Origin: Deltaproteobacteria bacterium
GTDB taxonomy: Bacteria; Myxococcota_A; Polyangia; Polyangiales; Houyiibacteriaceae
Reading direction: 5' to 3'
DNA length: 64,000 nucleotides
Assembly: GCA_017644045.1 (NCBI GenBank)
Contig: JAEPMI010000013.1
Coordinates: forward strand, 327,556 to 391,555
Shown here piece after piece: positions 40,832-50,141 of this stretch. The position numbers and the translations under genes are program-made. The notes beneath the pieces were generated by a model, which was given only the letters and a program-made list of their open reading frames with translations, ran no database searches and was not told the origin of the DNA. Numbering within the stretch: position 1 is the stretch's first letter; every line of letters starts with the position of its first letter.

Positions 40832-42358
40832 TCAGAGGAACTCGCGGGGCGGCAGACTGCGCCGCTCGCCCTCGTCTTCGTCGGGCTCCGCAGGGCGTGC
40901 CTTCTTCTCTTCCTTGGCGGCGTCCTCGACGATCTCGAGCGCGCGCGCGGCGCGGTGGTCCTTGTGGCCGAGGGCTTTGTTGTCGACGACCTGCACGGTG
41001 TGCAGCCGGTGCAGGTACTCGAGGTCGAGCTCGCCGGTGCTCGGCAGCATGAAGACGCCGTAGAGGCGCGCCACGGACCGCAGTCGCTCCACGGTGTCGA
41101 GGGGCACGTGGCACTGGGCGTGGGTCAGCACGTAGACGATGGGCGTCCGCCGCTCCCGGCGCTGCAGCCGCTGCAGCTCGCTGACGAGCATGCCGAAGAC
41201 CTTCGCGTAGTTGCGGCCGCGCTCGCCCTTGAAGCAGAGCACATAGGGCACGCTGATCCCGCCGGTGTCGCTCCGACCGGGGCGGGCGTGCTGCACCTCG
41301 TAGAGCCGCGAGTCGAAGAAGCGCAGGTACACGTCTTCGCCCTGGAGCATCAGCTTCTTGATGAGGGTCAGCGCGAGCCCGCGCGCGAAGGTGCTCCGCT
41401 GGCCACGCATCGACGCGCTCGCGTCCACCAGCAGGTAGTGCAGGCGGCGGTCTTCCTCGTGCTGCTTCTCCCGCGCGTAGTAGAAGACCTCGTTCTCCGC
41501 GTAGCGACGGTCGAAGAGCTCGGGGTCGAAGGCGAGCTCGCTGAGCACGAGCGAGTCGATCGTCCCGCGGCGCTCGACGCCGGAGTAGCCATCGACGGCG
41601 AACGACTGCTGGCCGCTGGCGCGCTTCGTCTCGAGCACGCTCGGCAGCAGGTCGAGGGAGAAGTTCACCACGTCGTTCGCTTCCGGCGACTCGAAGACGT
41701 TCAGCAGGTCGAGCATCTCGAGGGCGCCAGCCGCCGAGGCCTCGGCCCCGAACATCCCGAGCAGCTTGAGCGTGTCGAGGTCGATCTGCTCGACGGTGGT
41801 GATCAGCCGCAACCGCTCACGGGTGAGGTGCTGCAGGAAGCCGAGGTCGTCGGTCCGGTCGACGCTCTTGAAGAGCGCCGGCAGCTGCGGCTCGAGATCC
41901 CGGTAGACCTCCGGGTCCAGCGGCAGCACCGCGGGCGAGCCGGCGGCTCCGGCCTGACCTCGGTAGCGCTCGAACATCGGCCCCAGCACCTTGAGCAGGA
42001 CGACGCTGATGAGGTCGTCGCCGAGCCGCCACTGCCGCGCCTTCTCGAGCACCTCGCTGTCGGCGATCTCCTGCAGCGTCTCCGTGTAGAGCTGCAGCGC
42101 CTCGCCGGCGGGTCCGCTCAGACCGAGCTGCGCCAGGAAGGGCCGCGGCCCCACCGGGATGCTCGTGGGGTCGACGACCATCAACATGCCGAGGTCGTGC
42201 ACGGCCCAGAAGGGCACCTCGAGCGCGACCCGGTCGAGGGCGGTCCGCCACTGCGCCGCTCGGAGCGCGAGCATCGGGTTGTCGTTCCGGACGACGCTCA
42301 ACGCGAGCGAGCCGATCGCTCGCGCCGCAGGGCTGCCGCTCAGATGCTCGCCGACGGG
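40832..42358 (-). CDS. vWA-domain protein, CoxE/ViaA-like
   Basis: MIDAS motif LLVDASASMRG with downstream vWA-like strands (VYLRFFDS, PIVYVLTHA). The N-terminal ~290 aa are unassigned. The start is uncertain (GTG 42358 or ATG 42274), and the Arg-rich extension to 42592 was rejected. Confidence 0.65.
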   Translation of the reverse strand, partial: PVGEHLSGSPAARAIGSLALSVVRNDNPMLALRAAQWRTALDRVALEVPFWAVHDLGMLMVVDPTSIPVGPRPFLAQLGLSGPAGEALQLYTETLQEIADSEVLEKARQWRLGDDLISVVLLKVLGPMFERYRGQAGAAGSPAVLPLDPEVYRDLEPQLPALFKSVDRTDDLGFLQHLTRERLRLITTVEQIDLDTLKLLGMFGAEASAAGALEMLDLLNVFESPEANDVVNFSLDLLPSVLETKRASGQQSFAVDGYSGVERRGTIDSLVLSELAFDPELFDRRYAENEVFYYAREKQHEEDRRLHYLLVDASASMRGQRSTFARGLALTLIKKLMLQGEDVYLRFFDSRLYEVQHARPGRSDTGGISVPYVLCFKGERGRNYAKVFGMLVSELQRLQRRERRTPIVYVLTHAQCHVPLDTVERLRSVARLYGVFMLPSTGELDLEYLHRLHTVQVVDNKALGHKDHRAARALEIVEDAAKEEKKARPAEPDEDEGERRSLPPREFL

Positions 42359-42426
42359 CACCCCGGAGGAATACCACAGACGCCGCCCAGACCCACGAGT
42401 GGGCGACCGGCCTCGATCGTGCTCCA

Positions 42427-43041
42427 ATGCGCGTCGTGAACCGGGTCCTCCTCTCGATCGCGTGCGCCATGATCGGCTGTGGCGATCTGGGTTTCGTGGT
42501 CGCCCTCGACGGCGGACCCGAAGAGCCCGACGCGTTCGCGCCCGACGGTGGCGGTTTCGACCAGGGCCTGCGGGACATGGGTCCGCCACCATCCGACGGC
42601 GCGCCCCGAGACGCCTTTCGCCCCGATGGCTTCCGACCGGACGCCTTCCGGCCCGACGCGTTCGTGCCAGAAGACTGCACCAATCGGACCGACGACGACG
42701 GTGACGGCGACACGGACTGCTTCGACTCCGATTGCTCGGCCCACGCGGCGTGTCAGCCGGTCGCCGCGGAGGTCTGCACCAACGCCATCGACGACGACAT
42801 GGACGGCGCCACCGACTGCGACGATGGCGACTGCGCCGGTCAGACCGACTGCGGCACGATCAGCGAGTCGGTCCTCGACTGCCTGAACCTCTGCGTCTTC
42901 GAGCCGGAGCCCTTCTTCCCCGCCTGTCACCTCGATTGCCAGACCGATCTCGGGGTCCAGGGCAGCCGCGAGACCAACTGCAGCGACGGCCTCGACAACG
43001 ACGACGACGGGCAGACCGACGCCGACGACTTCGACTGCTGA
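42427..43041 (+). CDS. Asp/Cys-rich lipoprotein with three C-x-N/D-x2-D-D/N-D-x-D-G-x2-D-x2-D-x-D-C motifs
   Basis: Lipobox LLSIACAMIGCGDLG. The motifs are CTNRTDDDGDGDTDCFDSDC, CTNAIDDDMDGATDCDDGDC and CSDGLDNDDDGQTDADDFDC. Confidence 0.6.
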   Translation: MRVVNRVLLSIACAMIGCGDLGFVVALDGGPEEPDAFAPDGGGFDQGLRDMGPPPSDGAPRDAFRPDGFRPDAFRPDAFVPEDCTNRTDDDGDGDTDCFDSDCSAHAACQPVAAEVCTNAIDDDMDGATDCDDGDCAGQTDCGTISESVLDCLNLCVFEPEPFFPACHLDCQTDLGVQGSRETNCSDGLDNDDDGQTDADDFDC

Positions 43042-43063
43042 CGCACGGTGACGGCCATGTAGA

Positions 43064-43656
43064 GTGGCGGCGATGGTTCCCCGCTTCGCCCTCGCCGCAC
43101 TCGTTCTCTCCCTCGCCTGTGGCGACGACTCCGGCGGCTCGAGCTCCGAGCTCTGTGATGGCCCGGCCGACTGCGACGATGGCACCTTCTGCAACGGCTT
43201 CGAGGTCTGCATGCCCGGTGTGCCAGGCTCGGGTGAAGATGGCTGCCGGCCCTCGGCTTCGACCCGACGGGGAACCAGCTGATCCAAGCGGCCTCCGATG
43301 GGCTGGCCGTCTGGCCGATGGGAGCCACGCTCCCGACCGCCGGTTCGCGCACGGTGGGCGGCGGGTCGGGCGGAAGCACCTTCGATCTCCACGGCGGCTC
43401 GCGATTCGCGCTGGGGGGAACTCCAGTCGTCATCGGCGACGTCGTGGGTGGCGTTCCGACCCAGACGACGTCGTTCTTCGAGTCCAACGAAGAGGTCGTC
43501 TGGGTCTACGACGGGACGATGCTGGCCACGCTGGCGAACGCGCCCCAGGCGTACGCGGTCTCGGCGGACGGATCGACCGCGATGCGACTGCGGACCAACT
43601 TCGCTGGAATCTCCAGGACCTACGCGACCGAGAAGTACCGCTGCGCGGAGCGGTGA
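43064..43656 (+). pseudogene. Possible frameshifted lipoprotein gene (72-aa lipobox ORF plus 112-aa ORF in the adjacent frame)
   Basis: ORF 43064-43282 (ALAALVLSLACGDDSGG, Cys-rich) stops abruptly. The next frame is open from 43237, reads protein-like sequence (FDPTGNQLIQAASDGLAVWPMGATLP...) and has high GC3 to 43656, but lacks its own signal peptide. These could equally be two separate small genes. Confidence 0.35.
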
Positions 43657-43660
43657 CGCT

Positions 43661-44050
43661 TCACTCGCGGCGGTACGGGTCCTTCATCGTCGGCGCCTGA
43701 CCGCCGTAGGGATCGAAGGGCTGTGGGGGCGGCTGATCGTACCCGTAGCCACTCGGCATCATGACCGGCGCGACCAGCTCGCGCGCCTTGGCGGAGTGAC
43801 CGCTGGTGGTCGAGCGGATGGCGGCGATCGTGTACCAGGGCGCGACCAGGAGCGGGAAGAGCAGGTTGGCCGGCAGGATGTTGATCAACGCGAGCTTGCC
43901 GAGCTCCTTCCGCATGCACGACGGGCAAGCGACTACCGTGCCGTGCTTGAAGGACGCCCCGAACCACAGGAAGAGCAGGAAGGTCGGGAGCCGGTAGGCC
44001 TTGAGGCTCTCGGTCATCTGACCGCACTTGGGGCAGGGGAGCTGGTCCAT
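43661..44050 (-). CDS. Zinc-ribbon membrane protein, unknown function
   Basis: MDQLPCPKCG...CPSCM (CxxC x2) flanks hydrophobic segments, with a Pro/Gly/Tyr-rich C-terminal tail. Confidence 0.5.
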   Translation of the reverse strand: MDQLPCPKCGQMTESLKAYRLPTFLLFLWFGASFKHGTVVACPSCMRKELGKLALINILPANLLFPLLVAPWYTIAAIRSTTSGHSAKARELVAPVMMPSGYGYDQPPPQPFDPYGGQAPTMKDPYRRE

Positions 44051-44087
44051 CGCCCCCAAGGATACGCCCACCGCCTTTCGATCTCCC

Positions 44088-45971
44088 TCAGCCGTTCAGG
44101 AGCCGGCGGATGGTCGCGATCAGCACCGCCTGAGAGACGGGCTTGCCCAGCGACTCGAAGGGCGGCTCGAGCTCCCCCGCGACGGATTCGGCGTGGTGCC
44201 CCGAGCAGAGCAAGACCGGCAACGTGGGGAATCGCTTCCGGAGCTCGCGTGCCAGCTCGACCCCCGAGATGTGGGGCATGGCCACGTCGGTGACGAGGAT
44301 GTCGATGGTCCGCCCATCGCTCATCAGCTCCATCGCCTCTGTGCCATCGGCGGCGGCGACGACCTCGAAGCCGTAGTGGCCGAGAGTGCGGCTCATGACA
44401 CGGCAGAGCAGTCGATCGTCTTCGACGAGCAGCACTCGTCCGCCCAGCTCGTTGCGTTCGGGGGGCGCCGTCGAGGGGCGGATGACCGTCGGCGGCTCCG
44501 TGGATGTCGGCAAGAGCAGGAAGAAAGTCGTCCCCAGCCCGACCTCCGAGCGCACCCGGACGCGGCCGCCCGCGTGAACCACCAGGCTCTTGACCGTCGC
44601 GAGCCCCAGCCCTCCACCGGAGCCCTCGTTCTTCGAGCTCACGAAGGGCTCGAAGATCAGCTCCAGGTGGTTGGCCGCGATCCCCACACCATCGTCTTCG
44701 ACCTCCAGCAGGAGCATCGGCTCGCCCGGCGATGGGTCGGAATCGAAGCTCGCCCGATCGCCATCCGTGGCCACCCGGACGCGAAGCGCGAGGGTGCCCC
44801 CCTCGGGCATCGCCTCGTGAGCGTTGACGATGAGGTTCACGAGGATCTGCTCGAGCTGCGAGGGATCGAGAAAGACCGACGGGAGGTTCTGCTCGATGGT
44901 GATCGTGAGATCGATCCGGGAACCGAGGATTCGGCCCAGCAGCGTCTGCAATCCCTCGAGCAGCTCGTCGATCCGGAAGGAGACCGGCGTGACCTCCTCT
45001 CGCCGTGCGAACGCGAGCAGCCGCTCGGTCATGGCCGCGCCGCGCTCCGCGGTGTCGAGGAGGGTCCGAACGTCGGACGCCGTCTCGGGGCCCACCTGAT
45101 CGGCGATCAGCTCTCCGAGTCCGATGATGGCCGCCAGGATGTTGTTGAAGTCGTGCGCGATGCCGCCGGCGAGGCGCCCGAGCGAGTCCAGCCGCTCCGC
45201 CCGGCGGAGGCGCTTCTCCGCGACCGCGAGGTCGTCTGCCATCGTGTGCTCCGCGGTGCGGTCCACCGCGAAGACGAAGAGGTGACCGCCGCGGCGGATC
45301 CCCAGGGTGCGGAAGATGCGGAGCTGTTTGGCTCCGGTGACGGGTCGAAGGGGGAGCGCATCCGCCTGCGCGCGACCCGTATCGCGAGTTTGTGTCAGGA
45401 ACCTCAGGAAATGCTGTTGGTCCCAATACAGCGATTGAGCCCGCAGACCTTTGATTTTGAACACTCCCCCATCCGTGACCTCGATCGCCCGTTGGTTGTA
45501 CTGGACGAAGGTGAAGTCTCCGTCGGGTTCGATGCGCCAGACGTAGACGGCGGTCTCTCCTTCGGCCAGCCAGGCCGAAGCCACGGAGTCTTGGAGCGAG
45601 TCGAGTGAGGGCGCGGGCGGGAGCTCGTCGGCGGGGGCGTGGGCGAACACGACGAGGGCGTCGTCCCCGAGCGGGATCACCCGATAATGGGTGAGCACCG
45701 ACACGCCCCGGGTACGCATGGGGACCTCGAGCGAGAGCGAGCGAACCTCCCCGGTGCGCGCGGCTTCGCGAACCAGCCGCGGAATCGCCTCGACATCCGG
45801 GAAGATCGCTTCGAGGGTCAGGCCGACGAACGTGTCGGAGGCGACGCCGGCCACCTCGCGTGCCGCGTCGTTCATGTCCGCCACGACGAAGCCGCTCTCC
45901 TCCGCCCGGACGAGGACGCCCGCCATGGGGGCGTCCTTCCATGCGCGTTCCCACCGCACCGTCTCAGCCAA
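44088..45971 (-). CDS. Hybrid sensor histidine kinase / response regulator (PAS-PAS-HisKA-HATPase-REC)
   Basis: H-box LAGGIAHDFNNILAAIIG, N-box NLIVNAHEAM, G1 DDGVGI and G2 GGGLGLA. Receiver VLLVEDDRLL...ILVTDVAMPHISG. No TM segment is present. Confidence 0.85.
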   Translation of the reverse strand: MAETVRWERAWKDAPMAGVLVRAEESGFVVADMNDAAREVAGVASDTFVGLTLEAIFPDVEAIPRLVREAARTGEVRSLSLEVPMRTRGVSVLTHYRVIPLGDDALVVFAHAPADELPPAPSLDSLQDSVASAWLAEGETAVYVWRIEPDGDFTFVQYNQRAIEVTDGGVFKIKGLRAQSLYWDQQHFLRFLTQTRDTGRAQADALPLRPVTGAKQLRIFRTLGIRRGGHLFVFAVDRTAEHTMADDLAVAEKRLRRAERLDSLGRLAGGIAHDFNNILAAIIGLGELIADQVGPETASDVRTLLDTAERGAAMTERLLAFARREEVTPVSFRIDELLEGLQTLLGRILGSRIDLTITIEQNLPSVFLDPSQLEQILVNLIVNAHEAMPEGGTLALRVRVATDGDRASFDSDPSPGEPMLLLEVEDDGVGIAANHLELIFEPFVSSKNEGSGGGLGLATVKSLVVHAGGRVRVRSEVGLGTTFFLLLPTSTEPPTVIRPSTAPPERNELGGRVLLVEDDRLLCRVMSRTLGHYGFEVVAAADGTEAMELMSDGRTIDILVTDVAMPHISGVELARELRKRFPTLPVLLCSGHHAESVAGELEPPFESLGKPVSQAVLIATIRRLLNG

Positions 45972-46010
45972 ACCGACATTCGTCGCCCGGTCAACCGGCG
46001 CCGAAGGGGG

Positions 46011-47753
46011 TCACTCGGATGGGGGAGAGGAATCTTCTATCGGCCGAGTACCCGGTGGCCAAATGGTGAACACGGCTCGTACCCGTCGTATGTCGGTGGT
46101 CGCGTTGGCCTCGCTCTCCGCGTTCACCGTGATCCCTTCTCGGCTCAGCGCGGCGCTCAGCTCGGCGCGAGCGCGAGCCCGCGACGCGGGCGGACCGATG
46201 ACGTCCACGGTGACCCAGCCCGCCTGCCGAAGCTGCGCGAGCGGAAGCGAACGAAGGTCGATGCGGAAGTCCACGACGCCGCCGAGGAGGACATAGCCGA
46301 TGGTCACTTCGGCCGTGACCGGCTCCACCTCGATCTCGACCTGCGGGATCTGCACCTCGATGGATCCACCGACCTGCCCGCTGGGTGGAGCGACGGGTTC
46401 CGGTTCCGGTTCCGGCGGCGGCGGTGGGGCCGGCGGGACGGGGTTGTGACCGCTCCCGGTGGTCGCGGGGCAGGCCGCGCGGATCTCCGTTTGGCGACGG
46501 TAGGCTTGGCGTCGGTCGTAGTTGCCGATCATCCACTCGAGGGTCAGCGCGATCTGGTGCTCGCCGCGATACTCACCGGCGACGCCACCGCGGTAGCGGA
46601 GGTAGAGCAACCCACCGCCGTTGCAGCTGGTGTAGACGAGGCCCAGCCGGGCATCCACGAACGCGCCCGGGCCGACCTCGCGTGGCGTGTCGCCGTAGAT
46701 GCCGATCGCGCCACCGCCGACCTCCAGGTAGAGCGGAAGCCGCGCGAGGTAGAGGCGTAGGCCGAGCGAGCCCGTGACGAAGCGCGAGAAGGGCGCACGC
46801 ATGTCACCGCGCGCGTCGCTGGTGTTGAACGCACCGAGCTCGGCGCGGATCCGCGGCTCGACCAGTGGATGGAGGTTCAGGCCGAGCCCCATCTCGACGG
46901 CCATGCTCGTCTTCAGCTCGGGCTGCCAGGCCATCACCAGACCCATGGCGAAGCGGAAGGGACCGTTGATGCGGGGCTCGTGGAAGTTGCGCGGTGCGTG
47001 CAGTCGGTTGGCGAAACCGAAGCCCAAGGTCAGCAGCACCGAGCGGCTCTCGCTCCCGTCCGCGAGGCCCTGCAGGTATCGGAGGCCCAGCTCGAGATCG
47101 AAGGCCATGTCGCCGCCCGTGAGGGTGCCCATGCTCAACGTGAGACCCGCCCCCACCACCGGATGGCTGGCGAGGCGATCGGTGAGTGAGATCCCGTAGC
47201 CGCCGTGGAGCTGGAAGCCGATGGAGCGCCGGTCGGCGTCGCTCAGGTAGTGGCGAAAGCGTAGCTGCGCGCTGAAGGTGTGCAGGCGGAGGTTCGGGTA
47301 GACCTGGTCGACCACGCCATCGCCGTCGGTGTCGTGGGCGGTTCCGCGGGTCCGGGTGGCGAGCCACTCGGCGCCGATGCCGAACCAGCGGGTCGGCCAG
47401 AGCGAGAGGTCGAAACCGCCGCCCACGTGTCGGTCGACGTTGTCCGCCGGGTCCTCACCCACGCCGAGGTGCAGGTGGAAGTGGTAGTCGACCTCGAGGC
47501 CGGCGTTCCGGAAGGGGGGATGGCAGGTGTAGCGCTCACCGCTTCCGCGCGCCGGGATCAGCTGGCCCGGCTCGCAGGGCGGGAGCCCACGAAAGGTGGG
47601 AGCCCCCCGCGGCCAGTCCCAGGTCGCCGGGACATGGGTGACTTCCTCACCCTCATCCTCACGCTCGCCCTCGCCCTGATCGATCTGCGCGGACGCCAAC
47701 GAGGGCACCGCGAGCACGGCGAAGAGCAAGAAGAAGCGAGCCACGGCACGCAC
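46011..47753 (-). CDS. Secreted protein with beta-barrel-like body, Pro-rich linker and degenerate OmpA_C-like tail (OmpA-like architecture, inferred)
   Basis: Signal peptide MRAVARFFLLFAVLAVPSLASAQ. Alternating hydrophobic pattern over about 400 aa, then PVPPAPPPPPEPEPEPVAPP. The tail VDFRIDLRSLPLAQL...RARAELSAALSREGI...IRRVRAVF loosely resembles OmpA_C. Confidence 0.6.
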   Translation of the reverse strand: MRAVARFFLLFAVLAVPSLASAQIDQGEGEREDEGEEVTHVPATWDWPRGAPTFRGLPPCEPGQLIPARGSGERYTCHPPFRNAGLEVDYHFHLHLGVGEDPADNVDRHVGGGFDLSLWPTRWFGIGAEWLATRTRGTAHDTDGDGVVDQVYPNLRLHTFSAQLRFRHYLSDADRRSIGFQLHGGYGISLTDRLASHPVVGAGLTLSMGTLTGGDMAFDLELGLRYLQGLADGSESRSVLLTLGFGFANRLHAPRNFHEPRINGPFRFAMGLVMAWQPELKTSMAVEMGLGLNLHPLVEPRIRAELGAFNTSDARGDMRAPFSRFVTGSLGLRLYLARLPLYLEVGGGAIGIYGDTPREVGPGAFVDARLGLVYTSCNGGGLLYLRYRGGVAGEYRGEHQIALTLEWMIGNYDRRQAYRRQTEIRAACPATTGSGHNPVPPAPPPPPEPEPEPVAPPSGQVGGSIEVQIPQVEIEVEPVTAEVTIGYVLLGGVVDFRIDLRSLPLAQLRQAGWVTVDVIGPPASRARARAELSAALSREGITVNAESEANATTDIRRVRAVFTIWPPGTRPIEDSSPPSE

Positions 47754-47800
47754 GGACGTTCGGACGCTGACCTAGCTTCAAAAGGGGGTGACGAAGCTCG

Positions 47801-48973
47801 CTATTGCGCGAACTTGCCGGACTGGAACACGTGGCCGAGGAGCTGCTCGACCCGGCCGATCGCCTCGCGGGCGGGCTGGGTGCCGATGGCCTGGAGGGCG
47901 GCCTTGATCTCGTTGAGCGCCTTCAGGTGGCTGAAGAGCTGGATGTCGCTCATCGGCCGATCGCTGGTGAGCAGATCGCGGATGCGGTTGATCTCCTGGA
48001 TCAGCGCGTCGAGCCCCACGTCGGCGGCGCCGAAGCGGCGGGCCTCCGGGTGCTCGCGGTACCAGGCCTCGAGCACCGGCCCGGTGATGCCCTCGAGGAT
48101 CTCCGCCTGGTCGAGGTTGTTCCACGTGTGCCGGAGGATGAAGAAGTCGCTCGGGTCCGCGGTCGGACGCCCGTCGAGGAGCGCGCTGGCCGCGAAGAGC
48201 TTGAGCATCTTGATCGCGCGGCGGTCGGAGAGCGACACGCCTTCGGAGCGGATCTGGAAGACCAGGCCCTTGTAGGCGGCGAGGAACTCCTCGGTGAACT
48301 TCATGCGGGGCGCGAAGTTCCCGTGGAGGCCGTGCAGCTCCTGGCTGGTCAGCGCCGGCTGCAGCTTGTCGTAGCTGCCGGTGAGCTTGCTGACCTCGTG
48401 GTCGATGCCCTTCAGGAGCAGATCGTGGAAGTGATAGCTGTCGAGGTTCTCGCTGCGCACGCGCAGCAGGAAGCGGTCGAAGACCGCCATCAGGTCTTCG
48501 TCGTTCGGGACCTCGTTGCTCGCGCCGAAAGCGCTGATCAGGGGCACGGTGAGCCGCTGACCGCCGACGGTGTAGATGCGCTCGTTGAGCACGCTGAGCA
48601 GCGAGTTGAGGATGGCGGAGTTCGCCTTGAAGATCTCGTCGAGGAAGACGATCTCCGACTCCGGGAGCATCCCCTCGGTGCGGCGCCTGTACTCGCCGGT
48701 CCGGAACGCCTGGATGTCGATCGGGCCGAAGATCTCGTTCGGCTCGGTGAAGCGGGTCAGCAGGTACTCGAAGTAGTTCGCCTGGATCAGCTTCGAGAAG
48801 AGGCGCACGAGCGCGCTCTTCGCCGTACCGGGCGGACCGATGAGGACCATGTGCTCGCCGGCGAGCGCGGCGATCAGCATCAGCCGCACGACCTCCGACT
48901 TGCCGAGGAAGGTGCTCTCGAGCTGTCGAGCGACGTGCTGCAGCTTGCGGGCGATTTGCGCGTCCTGGCTCAC
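47801..48973 (-). CDS. RavA-like (MoxR-class) AAA+ ATPase
   Basis: GKSEVVRLMLIAALAGEHMVLIGPPGTAKSALV (Walker A), YLLTRFTEPNEIFGP, SEIVFLDEIFKANSAILNSLLSVLNER (Walker B/sensor) and DRFLLR, SDRRAIKMLKL. It is collinear with the E. coli RavA AAA+ module as I recall it. GTG start. Confidence 0.85.
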   Translation of the reverse strand: MSQDAQIARKLQHVARQLESTFLGKSEVVRLMLIAALAGEHMVLIGPPGTAKSALVRLFSKLIQANYFEYLLTRFTEPNEIFGPIDIQAFRTGEYRRRTEGMLPESEIVFLDEIFKANSAILNSLLSVLNERIYTVGGQRLTVPLISAFGASNEVPNDEDLMAVFDRFLLRVRSENLDSYHFHDLLLKGIDHEVSKLTGSYDKLQPALTSQELHGLHGNFAPRMKFTEEFLAAYKGLVFQIRSEGVSLSDRRAIKMLKLFAASALLDGRPTADPSDFFILRHTWNNLDQAEILEGITGPVLEAWYREHPEARRFGAADVGLDALIQEINRIRDLLTSDRPMSDIQLFSHLKALNEIKAALQAIGTQPAREAIGRVEQLLGHVFQSGKFAQ

Positions 48974-49019
48974 GAGGCGCCTTTCGTATCACTCTGGTCG
49001 GTGGATGAATAGGGGGCGC

Positions 49020-50141
49020 TCATGCGCTCTCCTTCAGGGGCTGGGCTCGCTCGAGCAACGAGAGGGCCATTTCCACGGCGTCGTCGCCGGCCTGTTGCTG
49101 GAGCTTCGCTGCCCGTTCGCGGAGCTCCGCGGCGTCGTTCGGGTTCACCGCGATGAGCCCTCGGACGGGTCCGCGGACCTGGAAGAGCGCTGGCAGCACC
49201 GCCGCGAAGAGCTCCTCGTCGCCGACCGCGGGCTCGCTCCGCGGCCGATGGCCGGCGCGCTCGTCGAAGACCTCGAGGATCTGCATCTCGGCGATCAGCG
49301 CGAGCGCGACGAAGAGATGCTGCGGCGAGGGATCCTCGGCGGACAGCACGCGGAGCGCGTGGCCGAAGGGCTGGGCCACGTGGCCGGTGCCGCGCTTCAC
49401 GAGCTCCTGGACGATGCCGGCCCGGAGGACGTCGTCGCTGAGCACCGCCAGCGACGCCTGGCCGAAGCGGAGCTCGGGCGACAGGTCGTGCCGGAGGATC
49501 TGAGTGATCGGGGAGCGCGCGACCAGGGCCTTGAGCGGGGTCTCGAGGTCGAGCTCGGGCGTGCCTTCCATCGCCAGCTCGAGCATGCCGCGCTGGGTCT
49601 TGTCCTGGCGCACGAAGCGGACCTTCGGGAGCGCGACGACGTTCCCGGGCGGCGGCCGACCGTAGAAGCGGTAGGTGTAGGCCCAGTTCTTCACCACCGT
49701 GTCCTCGCGCTCGAGCGAGAGCGCGCGGTCGAGGACCACGTGGCGACCCAGCGCCTCCGAGCGGGTCCGCGGCATCGGGATCGCCTGGATGAGCTCGAAG
49801 ACCCACTCGCGCACGGGGGCCCGTGCGCCGCGGGCGAAGGCGCGGTCGAGCTCCGGGTCGGTGAGCCAGAAGAGATCGTGGACCGCCATCAGCGTCGCGA
49901 TGAGGCCCCGCTCGGCGAGCTCGACCAGCTCCACCGGCGCCAGCTCGCTCGAGAGGCGAGCGAGCGCTTCCAGGATCGACCCTTCGACGGTCGTCTCGAC
50001 CGGGCGGGCGAGCGCGAAGTGATCCAGCGCGGCCGGCGGGAGCGCACGCGTGCACTGGGCCACGCCTCCGTTGAGCAGCGGGTCCAGGAAGTGAGTGACC
50101 AGCTCTTGGTAGAGCTCGTGGACCTTGTCCTGGTCGCTCAA
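49020..50141 (-). CDS. Hypothetical protein (373 aa), no recognisable motif
   Basis: High GC3 and balanced composition. The TTG start overlaps the stop of the upstream gene (gatTTGAgc) and lies 46 nt upstream of the ATPase. Confidence 0.6.
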   Translation of the reverse strand: MSDQDKVHELYQELVTHFLDPLLNGGVAQCTRALPPAALDHFALARPVETTVEGSILEALARLSSELAPVELVELAERGLIATLMAVHDLFWLTDPELDRAFARGARAPVREWVFELIQAIPMPRTRSEALGRHVVLDRALSLEREDTVVKNWAYTYRFYGRPPPGNVVALPKVRFVRQDKTQRGMLELAMEGTPELDLETPLKALVARSPITQILRHDLSPELRFGQASLAVLSDDVLRAGIVQELVKRGTGHVAQPFGHALRVLSAEDPSPQHLFVALALIAEMQILEVFDERAGHRPRSEPAVGDEELFAAVLPALFQVRGPVRGLIAVNPNDAAELRERAAKLQQQAGDDAVEMALSLLERAQPLKESA

